Part shown: piece after piece, positions 44,223-52,157 of the stretch
Position numbering within the stretch: the first letter of the stretch is position 1
Layout: the number at the start of each line of letters is the position of its first letter
IMG/VR virus record: IMGVR_UViG_3300027740_000010
Location: 1-52,157 of that record
Source: a virus
Lineage: Duplodnaviria; Caudoviricetes
Direction: 5' to 3' (one strand)
DNA: 52,157 nucleotides
The notes under the pieces: generated by a model
What the model was told of the DNA's origin: nothing
Seen by the model: only the letters and a program-made list of their open reading frames with translations
The model's database searches: none
Position numbers and translations under genes: made by a program

Positions 44223-44913
44223 TACCCCATCCTCCGAATGTTACCATCCCCGGCGGCTGGTACAGCCGTTTGTAGTCTGCTCTCGCGTCCTTGATAGAAC
44301 TCATGAACTCTGCTCTAAAATTCATTGCTTCTTTGCGATTGCTGCCATCTACATCCTGTGTAGTCAGTGCGCGATACGCTACCCAGTCACACAAACTAAG
44401 ATGGTGCTCCACTGGAATTTGAGGTTCTGCTGTCAAGGCTGACAACGTAAGCGCCACAGACGGCATCCGGATAACACGAATCTTCAGGGTATTAAGTGCT
44501 GCGGTAGCGTCAGGCACAGGGTATACCCGCAGTTTACGAACACCCTCATCTGTTGTCCACACCCACGGGTATCCGGGAGTTACAAGGGCACCTGTGTTAA
44601 CCGCCATACTGATTTTTTCGTGAGTAGCTCGCGTCATATCCACACCATTGTCACTCATGCGAACATTCAGCACCTGAAGAATTGAGCTGTCCAGTGCGTA
44701 CTCTGACGTTCCATCCACAAGGGTTATAGTACAAAACGCGGAACTGCTGTCAACAATACAGTATGTTTTACGAGCGAACATCTGCTCTGCTTGGTTAAAA
44801 TAGCGAACCGCTGCTGTATCCGACCACATTCGCTTGGCTGGTCCAGACACAATAGCGGCTCTGTCTTGCAGAACATCTGCCATTGAGTGCTCAAGAAGTT
44901 CTTTTAGTTGCAT
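44215..44913 (-). CDS. Head-tail adaptor / tail tubular protein A-like
   Basis: WSDTAAVRYFNQAEQ; LRVYPVPD; EPQIPVEHHLSLCDWVAYRA. Confidence 0.7.
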   Translation of the reverse strand: MQLKELLEHSMADVLQDRAAIVSGPAKRMWSDTAAVRYFNQAEQMFARKTYCIVDSSSAFCTITLVDGTSEYALDSSILQVLNVRMSDNGVDMTRATHEKISMAVNTGALVTPGYPWVWTTDEGVRKLRVYPVPDATAALNTLKIRVIRMPSVALTLSALTAEPQIPVEHHLSLCDWVAYRALTTQDVDGSNRKEAMNFRAEFMSSIKDARADYKRLYQPPGMVTFGGWGNG

Positions 44914-44914
44914 C

Positions 44915-45328
44915 TTAGCCTACTACACGGTACGGAAACCGCAACCCGTCACGGTCAACTGTACCGCCACCTTCTTTTGGGACTGATTTTGTCTGCACCA
45001 AATCGTTAAGGTATGCCAAGAATGCACGAGGCACCCACACAGGCTCACCGAAAGTAATCAAAAAGCCTTTGCCATTCATACCAAAGAATTGCTGGTTGCT
45101 AGGCGCGTTGTTTGGCTCGTCAATGACGATACGCACCCTATCAGGTAGTGCTTCTTTGACAGGTTCGCCCACAACAGCTTCAGCCTTTGGCGCTTGCTTT
45201 GCGACTGTCACTGCCTTGGCACGAGATGGGCGGGGTTTAGCCGCTGCTTTAACAGGCGCTCCAACCATATCTGCTGATGGTAGTGCAGGGGGTAAATCGT
45301 CTGCTGCGTTTGTGGTATTAGTCGTCAT
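44915..45328 (-). CDS. Conserved hypothetical virion-associated protein
   Basis: FFGMNGKGFLI..GEPVWVP..RFPYRV. Confidence 0.7.
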   Translation of the reverse strand: MTTNTTNAADDLPPALPSADMVGAPVKAAAKPRPSRAKAVTVAKQAPKAEAVVGEPVKEALPDRVRIVIDEPNNAPSNQQFFGMNGKGFLITFGEPVWVPRAFLAYLNDLVQTKSVPKEGGGTVDRDGLRFPYRVVG

Positions 45329-45575
45329 CTTTTGTCGCCTTTTCAAATGATTTGCTGTACTCTTCTTCCGCGTCATACGGAATCAGATTTGGCAGTTTTG
45401 TATCGATAAATTTTAGTACGTCACCAAGAGTATTTGCTACATAGACTTCAGTGTCTTTCCAAGGAGTGTACCCTGACTTGTCCTTTTTAGGAGCAGGTTC
45501 GCCTTTTTCTCTTCCGCACACTTTGAGGACGTACCCGTTTTCTGCCATGCTAACACTTAACAATTCGTTATTCAT
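45318..45575 (-). CDS. Hypothetical protein
   Basis: AGGAGG RBS; MNNELLSV. Confidence 0.65.
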   Translation of the reverse strand: MNNELLSVSMAENGYVLKVCGREKGEPAPKKDKSGYTPWKDTEVYVANTLGDVLKFIDTKLPNLIPYDAEEEYSKSFEKATKDDD

Positions 45576-45607
45576 ACTACCTCCTACTGGTGCTGGGATG
45601 TTCACAA

Positions 45608-46255
45608 TTAGTCATCGCCTAACAACGCACAAATAACAGTGATTGTCCCTGTAACAGTGATTGTTGAAGTGGCGTCAATTGTAGCTGCTGTACCTGACCA
45701 GTTAAGGTTCAAGTCCAACGCTGTCGCAGTTCCATCAATCGCTGCACGTGCGTAATCAAACGCTGTACCTGTACCTGTACCACCTGAGAGTGTTACTGAC
45801 ACCGCTTGCCCTACGTTTTCGTTTACAGCATTACCCAGTGTACCGTCTGCCGCAGCTGCAATAGCTGTTGTACCGACACCGATTTCAAACACAGCATCAC
45901 CTGCCGCACCTGTCAACGCCGCACCTTCTGCAAACGCTGTGTAGTTCTGGCGACACCCTAAGAAGGCTACACCACCTGCTACAAAATCGAACAGTTTAAG
46001 CGAGCCGTGTGAGCCTGAAGCGGCTGCATCCGTAACGGTAATCTGCGCAGCAGTTAGCGTAAAGGTAAGTGTTACGATTGAACCTGCTCGTACTACATCG
46101 ACTGCTGTAGTGCCTGCTGCTGGTGCGTTAACAGCTCCAACGTTGGCAGTGTTAGTAGACTGGTCCAATCCGGCGTCTTCTAAAAACTCAACTAGCAAGT
46201 CTTTAGTCGTCAGGTCCAGATTTGCTGCCTTTAATTTTGCAATATCGTATGACAT
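45608..46255 (-). CDS. Putative capsid decoration/fibre protein
   Basis: AGGAG RBS; Ala/Thr/Gly-rich; downstream of the capsid gene. Confidence 0.65.
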   Translation of the reverse strand: MSYDIAKLKAANLDLTTKDLLVEFLEDAGLDQSTNTANVGAVNAPAAGTTAVDVVRAGSIVTLTFTLTAAQITVTDAAASGSHGSLKLFDFVAGGVAFLGCRQNYTAFAEGAALTGAAGDAVFEIGVGTTAIAAAADGTLGNAVNENVGQAVSVTLSGGTGTGTAFDYARAAIDGTATALDLNLNWSGTAATIDATSTITVTGTITVICALLGDD

Positions 46256-46277
46256 GTTATTCTCCTAATGAGTAGAC

Positions 46278-46300
46278 AAAAAGCCCCGATACTCTGGGGC
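46278..46300 (-). terminator. Rho-independent terminator
   Basis: GCCCC-AGAGTATC-GGGGC-TTTTT. Confidence 0.65.
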
Positions 46301-46312
46301 GGTACTGCTGTC

Positions 46313-46639
46313 TTAGCCCTCGGCTTCCCAGTAGAAGACCTTGCTGGCTACCATAGTAGTCGCGGTTAATGTGAAGGTATTGCCCGAAACGGCTACACCG
46401 TTAGTTGTTTCCAGCGTAACTGTACCCGCAGCAACAGTATGGATTGACTCGGCAGATGCCATGCCCTCATACCATTCATCTTGGATACGGTCAGTCGCGT
46501 TAACGAACTTGACGTGCAAAGGTGCAAAACCTAATGTAAGAGTGTGTGCGGCAGCAGATGCTGAAGTGGTCACTACTTTACCACGAGCTTTGCGTACTAC
46601 GCCGTCCACGTTAGTTTGTGAGTCTGTTGATACTGGCAT
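46313..46639 (-). CDS. Putative capsid decoration protein
   Basis: AGGAG RBS; LGFAPLHVKFVNATDR..EWYEGM. Confidence 0.7.
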   Translation of the reverse strand: MPVSTDSQTNVDGVVRKARGKVVTTSASAAAHTLTLGFAPLHVKFVNATDRIQDEWYEGMASAESIHTVAAGTVTLETTNGVAVSGNTFTLTATTMVASKVFYWEAEG

Positions 46640-46668
46640 GATTCTCTCCTAAATAATTCAAATGACTT

Positions 46669-46687
46669 AAGAGGCCGAAGCCTCTTT
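46669..46687 (-). terminator. cUUCGg hairpin after the capsid gene
   Basis: AAGAGGC-TTCG-GCCTCTT; weak U-tract. Confidence 0.55.
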
Positions 46688-46691
46688 GTCG

Positions 46692-47675
46692 TTATGCTGT
46701 AACAGCTACCTCGGCAACAGCCATCCATGCATCGTTTAAGATCAAGGTTGTCTGCATTGTTTTCCAGCCTACAGTACCGCGTTGACCTAATGGGTCGCCA
46801 TTTGCAGGTTTAGGGTTGACCACCATTGGAGTCAACGCATTTTGCCCGCGCAATGGTACGATGCCGTAAGCATCTTTAGCGATGTAGATTACTGGATACA
46901 CATCTGCTGAAGTACCGGTTGTTGAAAGCATTGCGCCTTTTGCACCGCCTCCGTCTTCGTATGGGGTGAATAATGTTGAACGCAAGTAGCGTACATTTTC
47001 CACAGCACCGATTTCGTTTTCGTAAGGGGTGACTGTGCCGTACTGTTTAGTGTTGATGTAGCCCGCCATGCTGCGAATGTCGTTTTCAACATCACTGTGG
47101 CACAACGCGATAAATGCCGCTTCAACAGGCTCTGTACGGTAGTCTGGTGTAGGACGTAACGCTGTAGTAATCAGCTTAGCGTTTTGTCCTAACAACGCGC
47201 GAGTTACTTTGCGTTGCAATGCTGTTGTTAACGGAGTATTTACATCTGTACGAGCTGTACCGTTAGACCAGAACTTGTTAGTACCGGCTTTGATTACGTT
47301 GTAACGTAATGTCTCAACAGTTTGAGCTGCTTGCTCGCCCAAAATTTCTGTGTGGATTGCCAACACCGGGTCTGTTGCTGTGTCCAAAATTACATCAGAT
47401 AATGTTACAAAATCACCGTACTGTACCAGCGTAGCTGTGTAATCGGTAACAGTCACTTTTTTGCCTGAAGGTGTTACGCCTTCAACCAAAGGTGTTGTTG
47501 CCAACGCCAACGCGTTGTAACGGCGGAATTTTGCAACCATTGTGCTGCCATTTGGAATCACATACACTTGACCGAATTTTTCGATACACATGCTTGGGAT
47601 GCCGCGTTTTAGCATTTGCACTGATGCCCATGCTGCTACTGCTGGTGAAATATCACCATAGGTGGTTACTGACAT
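46692..47675 (-). CDS. Major capsid protein, N4-gp56 family
   Basis: TTYGDISP; EKFGQ; KFRRY; PLVEGVTP; QYGDF; EIGAVENVRY; DPLGQRGTVGWK. Confidence 0.93.
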   Translation of the reverse strand: MSVTTYGDISPAVAAWASVQMLKRGIPSMCIEKFGQVYVIPNGSTMVAKFRRYNALALATTPLVEGVTPSGKKVTVTDYTATLVQYGDFVTLSDVILDTATDPVLAIHTEILGEQAAQTVETLRYNVIKAGTNKFWSNGTARTDVNTPLTTALQRKVTRALLGQNAKLITTALRPTPDYRTEPVEAAFIALCHSDVENDIRSMAGYINTKQYGTVTPYENEIGAVENVRYLRSTLFTPYEDGGGAKGAMLSTTGTSADVYPVIYIAKDAYGIVPLRGQNALTPMVVNPKPANGDPLGQRGTVGWKTMQTTLILNDAWMAVAEVAVTA

Positions 47676-47696
47676 GATAAATCTCCTTAAAAATAG

Positions 47697-48677
47697 TTAT
47701 TCTTGTGCCGCATTCGCCCAAGCACCACCAAAATCATTAGGGTCAGTGGCGCTTGTTACTGCCTGTCTGCGCCCTGCTGTTACTGGTGCCATTGCCTGTA
47801 CTGTTGCTGCATCTACCTTTTTGAGAAGGGGTTGGTCTGTCTTCACCTGTGGAGCGACTCTGCCTGTCTCCTGCTTAAATCTAGCGAACAAATCGTTCAC
47901 TTCTACTGCCGAACCTGAATCTAAAACCTCTGACATTGCCTTTTTCAAATACGCTGGTTGTTTTTCAATCCACCCGTCGATTTCTGCAACTACGGCAAGA
48001 TAATCTGGATGGGCAGCTTCAATAGTCGCATAGTGTTTCTGGTTTGCTGTTTGTTGTACGCTCTGTACAATCGGGTTTACAGTTCCCAACACGCCTTGCA
48101 GCGCAGTTGCAACTTCACGATAAATTCGGTCTTCCATCACAGCAATATCAACTTTTCGTTTCAACGCTTCGGCTTTCGATACATCAGGCCACTCATCATC
48201 GTAAGCCGTGACTACGCCCATCTCTTCATCCGTCAGCACAGACTTCGCTGTTGGAGGGTCAGGCATCTTGAAATCTTGTGCAGGCTCAGCAACAGGTTCT
48301 GGTTTAGGCTTAGGCGCTGTTTTCAACACCTCGTTTTCCACTTTCAACCGTTCAAACTCGGCTTTGTAGTCTACCGTGTCAGCTACTTGGTCAGCAGTAT
48401 CATCCTTGGCTGCGTCAGCGGCAACTTGGTCAGCGGCTGCGTCAGCGGCAACTTGGTCAGTCGCTGCATCATCACCAGCGTCGTCCTTGGCTGCGTCAGC
48501 GGCAGCTACAGCAGCTGCGTCAGCAGCAACTTGGTCAGCGACAACTTGGTCAGCGGCACTCGCAGGTTCCAACTGTTCATCAAACGCATTTGCAAACGCT
48601 TCAGCGTCTGATAAAACACCTACGGCGGCTGGAATGTCTTTTTCTTGAGCTGCTTGATCTGTAGTTTTTACGGCCAT
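47697..48677 (-). CDS. Scaffolding protein
   Basis: Acidic Ala/Asp-rich with ADQVAADAA repeats; between portal and capsid genes. Confidence 0.75.
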   Translation of the reverse strand: MAVKTTDQAAQEKDIPAAVGVLSDAEAFANAFDEQLEPASAADQVVADQVAADAAAVAAADAAKDDAGDDAATDQVAADAAADQVAADAAKDDTADQVADTVDYKAEFERLKVENEVLKTAPKPKPEPVAEPAQDFKMPDPPTAKSVLTDEEMGVVTAYDDEWPDVSKAEALKRKVDIAVMEDRIYREVATALQGVLGTVNPIVQSVQQTANQKHYATIEAAHPDYLAVVAEIDGWIEKQPAYLKKAMSEVLDSGSAVEVNDLFARFKQETGRVAPQVKTDQPLLKKVDAATVQAMAPVTAGRRQAVTSATDPNDFGGAWANAAQE

Positions 48678-48704
48678 TTTAAAACTCCTGTCGATTTGTT
48701 GAAC

Positions 48705-48733
48705 ACGCTACTTAAAGTTTTACCTCTTGTCAA
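48705..48733 (-). promoter_or_regulatory. Possible late promoter
   Basis: TTGACA-17 nt-TAGCGT upstream of the scaffold gene; -10 is weak. Confidence 0.4.
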
Positions 48734-48963
48734 GTTGTTTTTACTACAACATCTCGCTGTTTAAGTCTGGCTTGAAGCCGTCTCAGGCTTTTTACCTCCC
48801 CTTGCAACGTCTTAACCTCATCGCTTGGGCTTTCAACTAGCTTCTCCAAGGCTCTGACCTCATACAAATTTATAAGGTCTAGCACGTCTAGCATCAACGC
48901 ATCCCTAGTATATGGCTTGATACGCCGCAACAGTTCGTGCTCGTCATTGAGCGGTTTGGACAT
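48730..48963 (-). CDS. Small conserved protein downstream of portal
   Basis: AAGGAG RBS; LQGEVKSLRRL. Confidence 0.7.
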   Translation of the reverse strand: MSKPLNDEHELLRRIKPYTRDALMLDVLDLINLYEVRALEKLVESPSDEVKTLQGEVKSLRRLQARLKQRDVVVKTT

Positions 48964-50971
48964 TTTGCTCTCCTTGCTGTGTGGCTGCTTGACTTACAGT
49001 TGCCAATGACTCCATCGTATTGCGCAGCTCTCCGTGCGCGACTACTGTAGATTTAGACTCTTCAGCCTCCGCTTTTGCAGTATTGAGCAGCGCGCGTGTA
49101 AGGGTCTCTTTCGTCTTAGCGACAATCTCATCGGTCTGAAGTTGTTGTGTTTTCGTAGCCTGCTCTTGACGTGCCTGAATCTTCTGTGCGTGCTCGTCCT
49201 CTGAAAGCAGTAGTTTCTTAATCGGCAAATCCATCGCTAGGAATTTTTCTTTTAACAGCTCTTTTCCGTTAACCCAGTCTTTGTCCTCTTCGGATAAGGT
49301 GGTACTGATGTTGTTAAGTGCCTGTGACCGAACCTCCTTCGCAATCAAGCTAGTCGAGCCTTCAGCCTGTACTTGATAGTCTCCCTTGATTTCTTGGTCC
49401 TCGTTAAAAACCAAGTTCCAGTGGTAGAGCGAACCGATAACACTCTCTGTGAACTGGTCAAAATTTCGTACCACGTCACGGATTGGCAACGCTGCGGCTC
49501 CAAACAGCTGGCTAGTGTTCTGTGCAGTGCGGAACGGTTCTTTGCCTTGAGCGGTCATGTCGCCCTGCAATGAAGGTGGTAACAATGACTCGGTGTCAGC
49601 AAAACTCTTGAAAATATCAATAATTGTGGTCAGTTCTGCAATGTGTGCCTGTACCGGAATTTCTCTGACCGCCGGTATGCCTGCATCATTACCTGTGCCC
49701 TCACGCCCGAATACCTTAAACGCATGTATTTCAGTATTGGTGTTCGCATCAAGCACTTCGGTATTTACTTCAAACATGGGTCCGCACACTACTGACCCGT
49801 TGTCGAGCACCATTCTTGCTGCGGCACAAACCGCCAACTGAGACTCACGAATCACCTCTGGCATACCGTTACCTAACAACGTCGTGTCGTCTTCCTCGTA
49901 TACGAACAAGTGGTACATTTTAACCTCGGCAGGCAATGGGGCTAATGCGGCTTTGACCACGACACCATCAAGTATCCAAATGTTTGCAGACAAGTCATCA
50001 CTCATGTCTGCGTCGTTAACAGCCACACCTAGGTCATGCAACTCTTTGGCAGTGATAAATCCCCACCATTCAATAAGCTCGTATTTCTTACCGTTGCGAT
50101 TGATTGTGGCTTCAGTCGAATTTTTCTCTGCTCGTAGCTCTCCCTCGTACGTCTTTTCTTTGTAGTTCCCTTCGGGATGGTTTTTGATATATTCCAAAAT
50201 CGGAGTGTCAAAAAAGTCTGAGCGATCTGCTAACTTACGAAGCTCGTGACGGTTAAAAACATGCCGCTCAAAGGCACCGTCCATCTGGTCTCGTGTTTTG
50301 GCAGACAAGTCAGGGTAGAACCCCCACAGTGGCACAAACTCATAATACGGCTCAAGCACGTCTATTGTCGTTGCTTCATACTGCACGGTCACAGCATTTT
50401 TTACCCACTTGCGTTTTTGTGTCCTGCGTACCAATGGGCCTTTAAGAACACCGACCCCATAACACACAGCTGAGAATACTACTTTGCGTACCAGCGTGAT
50501 GTAGTCCAGTTTTGCATCAGCAAGCTGGTCTTCAATCGTTTTCTCCATGCGAGTACAGCGTCTAGTCGCAAACTCATCAATCGCTTTCTCAATCATTTCA
50601 TCGTCAAGCTGTCCGTTTTCTATCGCAGCTTGCAGCTCGTTAATCACAGTCTGCATATCCTGCTGGTCAATGTTAGGGAACGGTGTAGGCTTGATATTCC
50701 AGTTCTTCGCAGTCTGTGGAAACAGTAAATCCATCAGCCGTGCAACCATGCCGATGACTTTACTACGAGTTAGTTTTGGATATACTTGAGAGCGTAAAGG
50801 GTCTATCAGTTCTTTCACTGTAGCGTCATACTCCCCTCGAAACTGACGGCGGTTCTTCAGCCATTTAAGCTCAAGCTCTCTGCGATCTGTCTCATAAGAC
50901 GTGAACTTGGTTGCCATTACGCCACCCAAAACTTTTAGATGTCGCTCACTTATGTTTTCTGGAAGTGCCAT
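48944..50971 (-). CDS. Portal protein
   Basis: WLKNRRQFRGEYD; YPKLTRSK; YGVGVLKGP; FYPD; GNGMPE; AARMVLDN; follows terminase. Confidence 0.9.
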   Translation of the reverse strand: MALPENISERHLKVLGGVMATKFTSYETDRRELELKWLKNRRQFRGEYDATVKELIDPLRSQVYPKLTRSKVIGMVARLMDLLFPQTAKNWNIKPTPFPNIDQQDMQTVINELQAAIENGQLDDEMIEKAIDEFATRRCTRMEKTIEDQLADAKLDYITLVRKVVFSAVCYGVGVLKGPLVRRTQKRKWVKNAVTVQYEATTIDVLEPYYEFVPLWGFYPDLSAKTRDQMDGAFERHVFNRHELRKLADRSDFFDTPILEYIKNHPEGNYKEKTYEGELRAEKNSTEATINRNGKKYELIEWWGFITAKELHDLGVAVNDADMSDDLSANIWILDGVVVKAALAPLPAEVKMYHLFVYEEDDTTLLGNGMPEVIRESQLAVCAAARMVLDNGSVVCGPMFEVNTEVLDANTNTEIHAFKVFGREGTGNDAGIPAVREIPVQAHIAELTTIIDIFKSFADTESLLPPSLQGDMTAQGKEPFRTAQNTSQLFGAAALPIRDVVRNFDQFTESVIGSLYHWNLVFNEDQEIKGDYQVQAEGSTSLIAKEVRSQALNNISTTLSEEDKDWVNGKELLKEKFLAMDLPIKKLLLSEDEHAQKIQARQEQATKTQQLQTDEIVAKTKETLTRALLNTAKAEAEESKSTVVAHGELRNTMESLATVSQAATQQGEQNVQTAQ

Positions 50972-50985
50972 GATTGCGGTCCTTG

Positions 50986-52155
50986 TCAATAGCCTACATG
51001 GGACGCGGGCTTGTGATGGTACGAAACTTTAGCCTTTGCCTGTCTGCGGGAAATTCTATCATCATTTCTTTGGAAATAACAGCACAGGTATTGGAGTCCA
51101 TCACAGTTATGTGCCAGTACCCCTTCAGCGTAGAACACAGGACACCCTTCAACTGTCAGTGCGAACACTGGAACACGTTCGCTTACGACTCTCTTTGCTA
51201 CAATCTGAAGAGCATGTTTTTCGTTTTGCTCGCACTCTGCATTCTCCTCACTGACGCCTTCCAGCATATCAGAATGCAAAACACTGTCAATAGGTACAAA
51301 CCCTTTGCCTTTTACCATGACAGGGTGGTCTGGAGTACAAACAAGGCTTCTGCCGCTGCTCAAGGTATACTCACACACTTCTGCTGAAGCGCTTGACATC
51401 CACGCTCTAGTTACTTTGCGGTCTCCTTTTGGCGTAAGCACTGTGTCGCCTGCTCGCAGTTTTTCTATCTCTTGCTCTCCTTCAGGAGTTGCTACCTTCG
51501 TTCCTGCTACAAAACAAATATGTGAGTGCTTGTCTTTACACGGCTCAAGCGCGGTCACTCCGGCCTTAGTCACGTTGTATCTGTACCCGCCTGCAAGCGC
51601 ACGTATCATGTGTTTGCAGCTAGCGTTTATCAGGAGCGCTGCTTCCCCGTCTACGAGCCTGTTAAAATAAAAATCTACCGCTGAGATACGCGCATCAATC
51701 TTGTTGGTGTGTGCTGTCTGCACTTTGAACCCGCGCTTACGCAACGAGTTGGCTACCGTCATCTCGTCAATCTGAGTACGGTTATCTGCGGCAGGGTCGA
51801 TGCTAATAACCACGTCTGCACCCGGATATTTATTTTTCAGCAGCGGTTTCAAGTAGTCATCTACGAAACGCATGGCACCTACACCCTGACACACGATCTC
51901 GTCTAGGACAATCATGCGCCCAAACAAGTCCATTTGCCCGATTGCAGCGCCTGTACCACCAATCCCGGGGTCTAAACCGACTACTACCAACAATTGGTGA
52001 TTGTATAACAGCTCTTTTTTAGCGACATGTATGTGCTCTTTAAACGACCTGAATACAGGCAATCCTGACTGACTGAAGCCATATTTCACCCGTAAATACA
52101 CGTTTATCCAATCTGGAGGCTTACCCGCTACCAGATTGGTGTAATACGTCGGCGC
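50986..52155 (-). CDS. terL: Terminase large subunit, C-terminal nuclease domain, intein-containing (5' end outside window)
   Basis: Frame open to the window edge (APTYYTNLVAGKPPDWINVY); VGLDPG; IDPAA; KHSHI|CDGLQY. Confidence 0.9.
   Translation of the reverse strand, partial: APTYYTNLVAGKPPDWINVYLRVKYGFSQSGLPVFRSFKEHIHVAKKELLYNHQLLVVVGLDPGIGGTGAAIGQMDLFGRMIVLDEIVCQGVGAMRFVDDYLKPLLKNKYPGADVVISIDPAADNRTQIDEMTVANSLRKRGFKVQTAHTNKIDARISAVDFYFNRLVDGEAALLINASCKHMIRALAGGYRYNVTKAGVTALEPCKDKHSHICFVAGTKVATPEGEQEIEKLRAGDTVLTPKGDRKVTRAWMSSASAEVCEYTLSSGRSLVCTPDHPVMVKGKGFVPIDSVLHSDMLEGVSEENAECEQNEKHALQIVAKRVVSERVPVFALTVEGCPVFYAEGVLAHNCDGLQYLCCYFQRNDDRISRRQAKAKVSYHHKPASHVGY
51106..51516 (-). mobile_element. 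Mini-intein (137 aa) in terminase
   Basis: CFVAGTKVATPEG; CTPDHPV; VFALTVEGCPVFYAEGVLAHN; +1 Cys. Confidence 0.93.
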
Positions 52156-52157
52156 TA

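Noticed and set aside
48380-48560. GCAACTTGGTCAGC repeats
   Set aside because: They encode low-complexity ADQVAADAA units of the scaffold protein.
1-52157. tRNA/rRNA genes, integrase, Cas genes
   Set aside because: None recognised by eye; the Cas4-like nuclease sits in the replication module with no array.

Overview
Most of a dsDNA tailed-phage genome, probably podovirus-like, with a Gram-negative host inferred from the lysis genes. Two arms converge at about 22.9 kb. The + arm (1-22.9 kb) carries many small early/accessory ORFs, a TOPRIM protein, a DNA methyltransferase, a family A DNA polymerase split into two genes, several nucleases, an SNF2-like helicase, an SSB-like protein and a primase-DUF927 helicase. 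The - arm (23-52 kb) carries terminase (running off the window), portal, scaffold, an N4-gp56-type capsid, tail and ejection proteins, a methyltransferase/DUF115 fusion and lysis genes. Three features stand out. (1) An intein in PolA motif B whose HNH homing endonuclease is not in frame: it is a separate gene with its own RBS, fully overprinted in the +1 frame inside the intein. (2) A GC-rich methyltransferase gene bounded by two integron-type attC sites whose core sites match exactly as expected for an integrase-inserted cassette, with no integrase in the window. (3) PolA split at the TGRL motif by four small genes. All family assignments come from motif recognition by eye; no searches were run.
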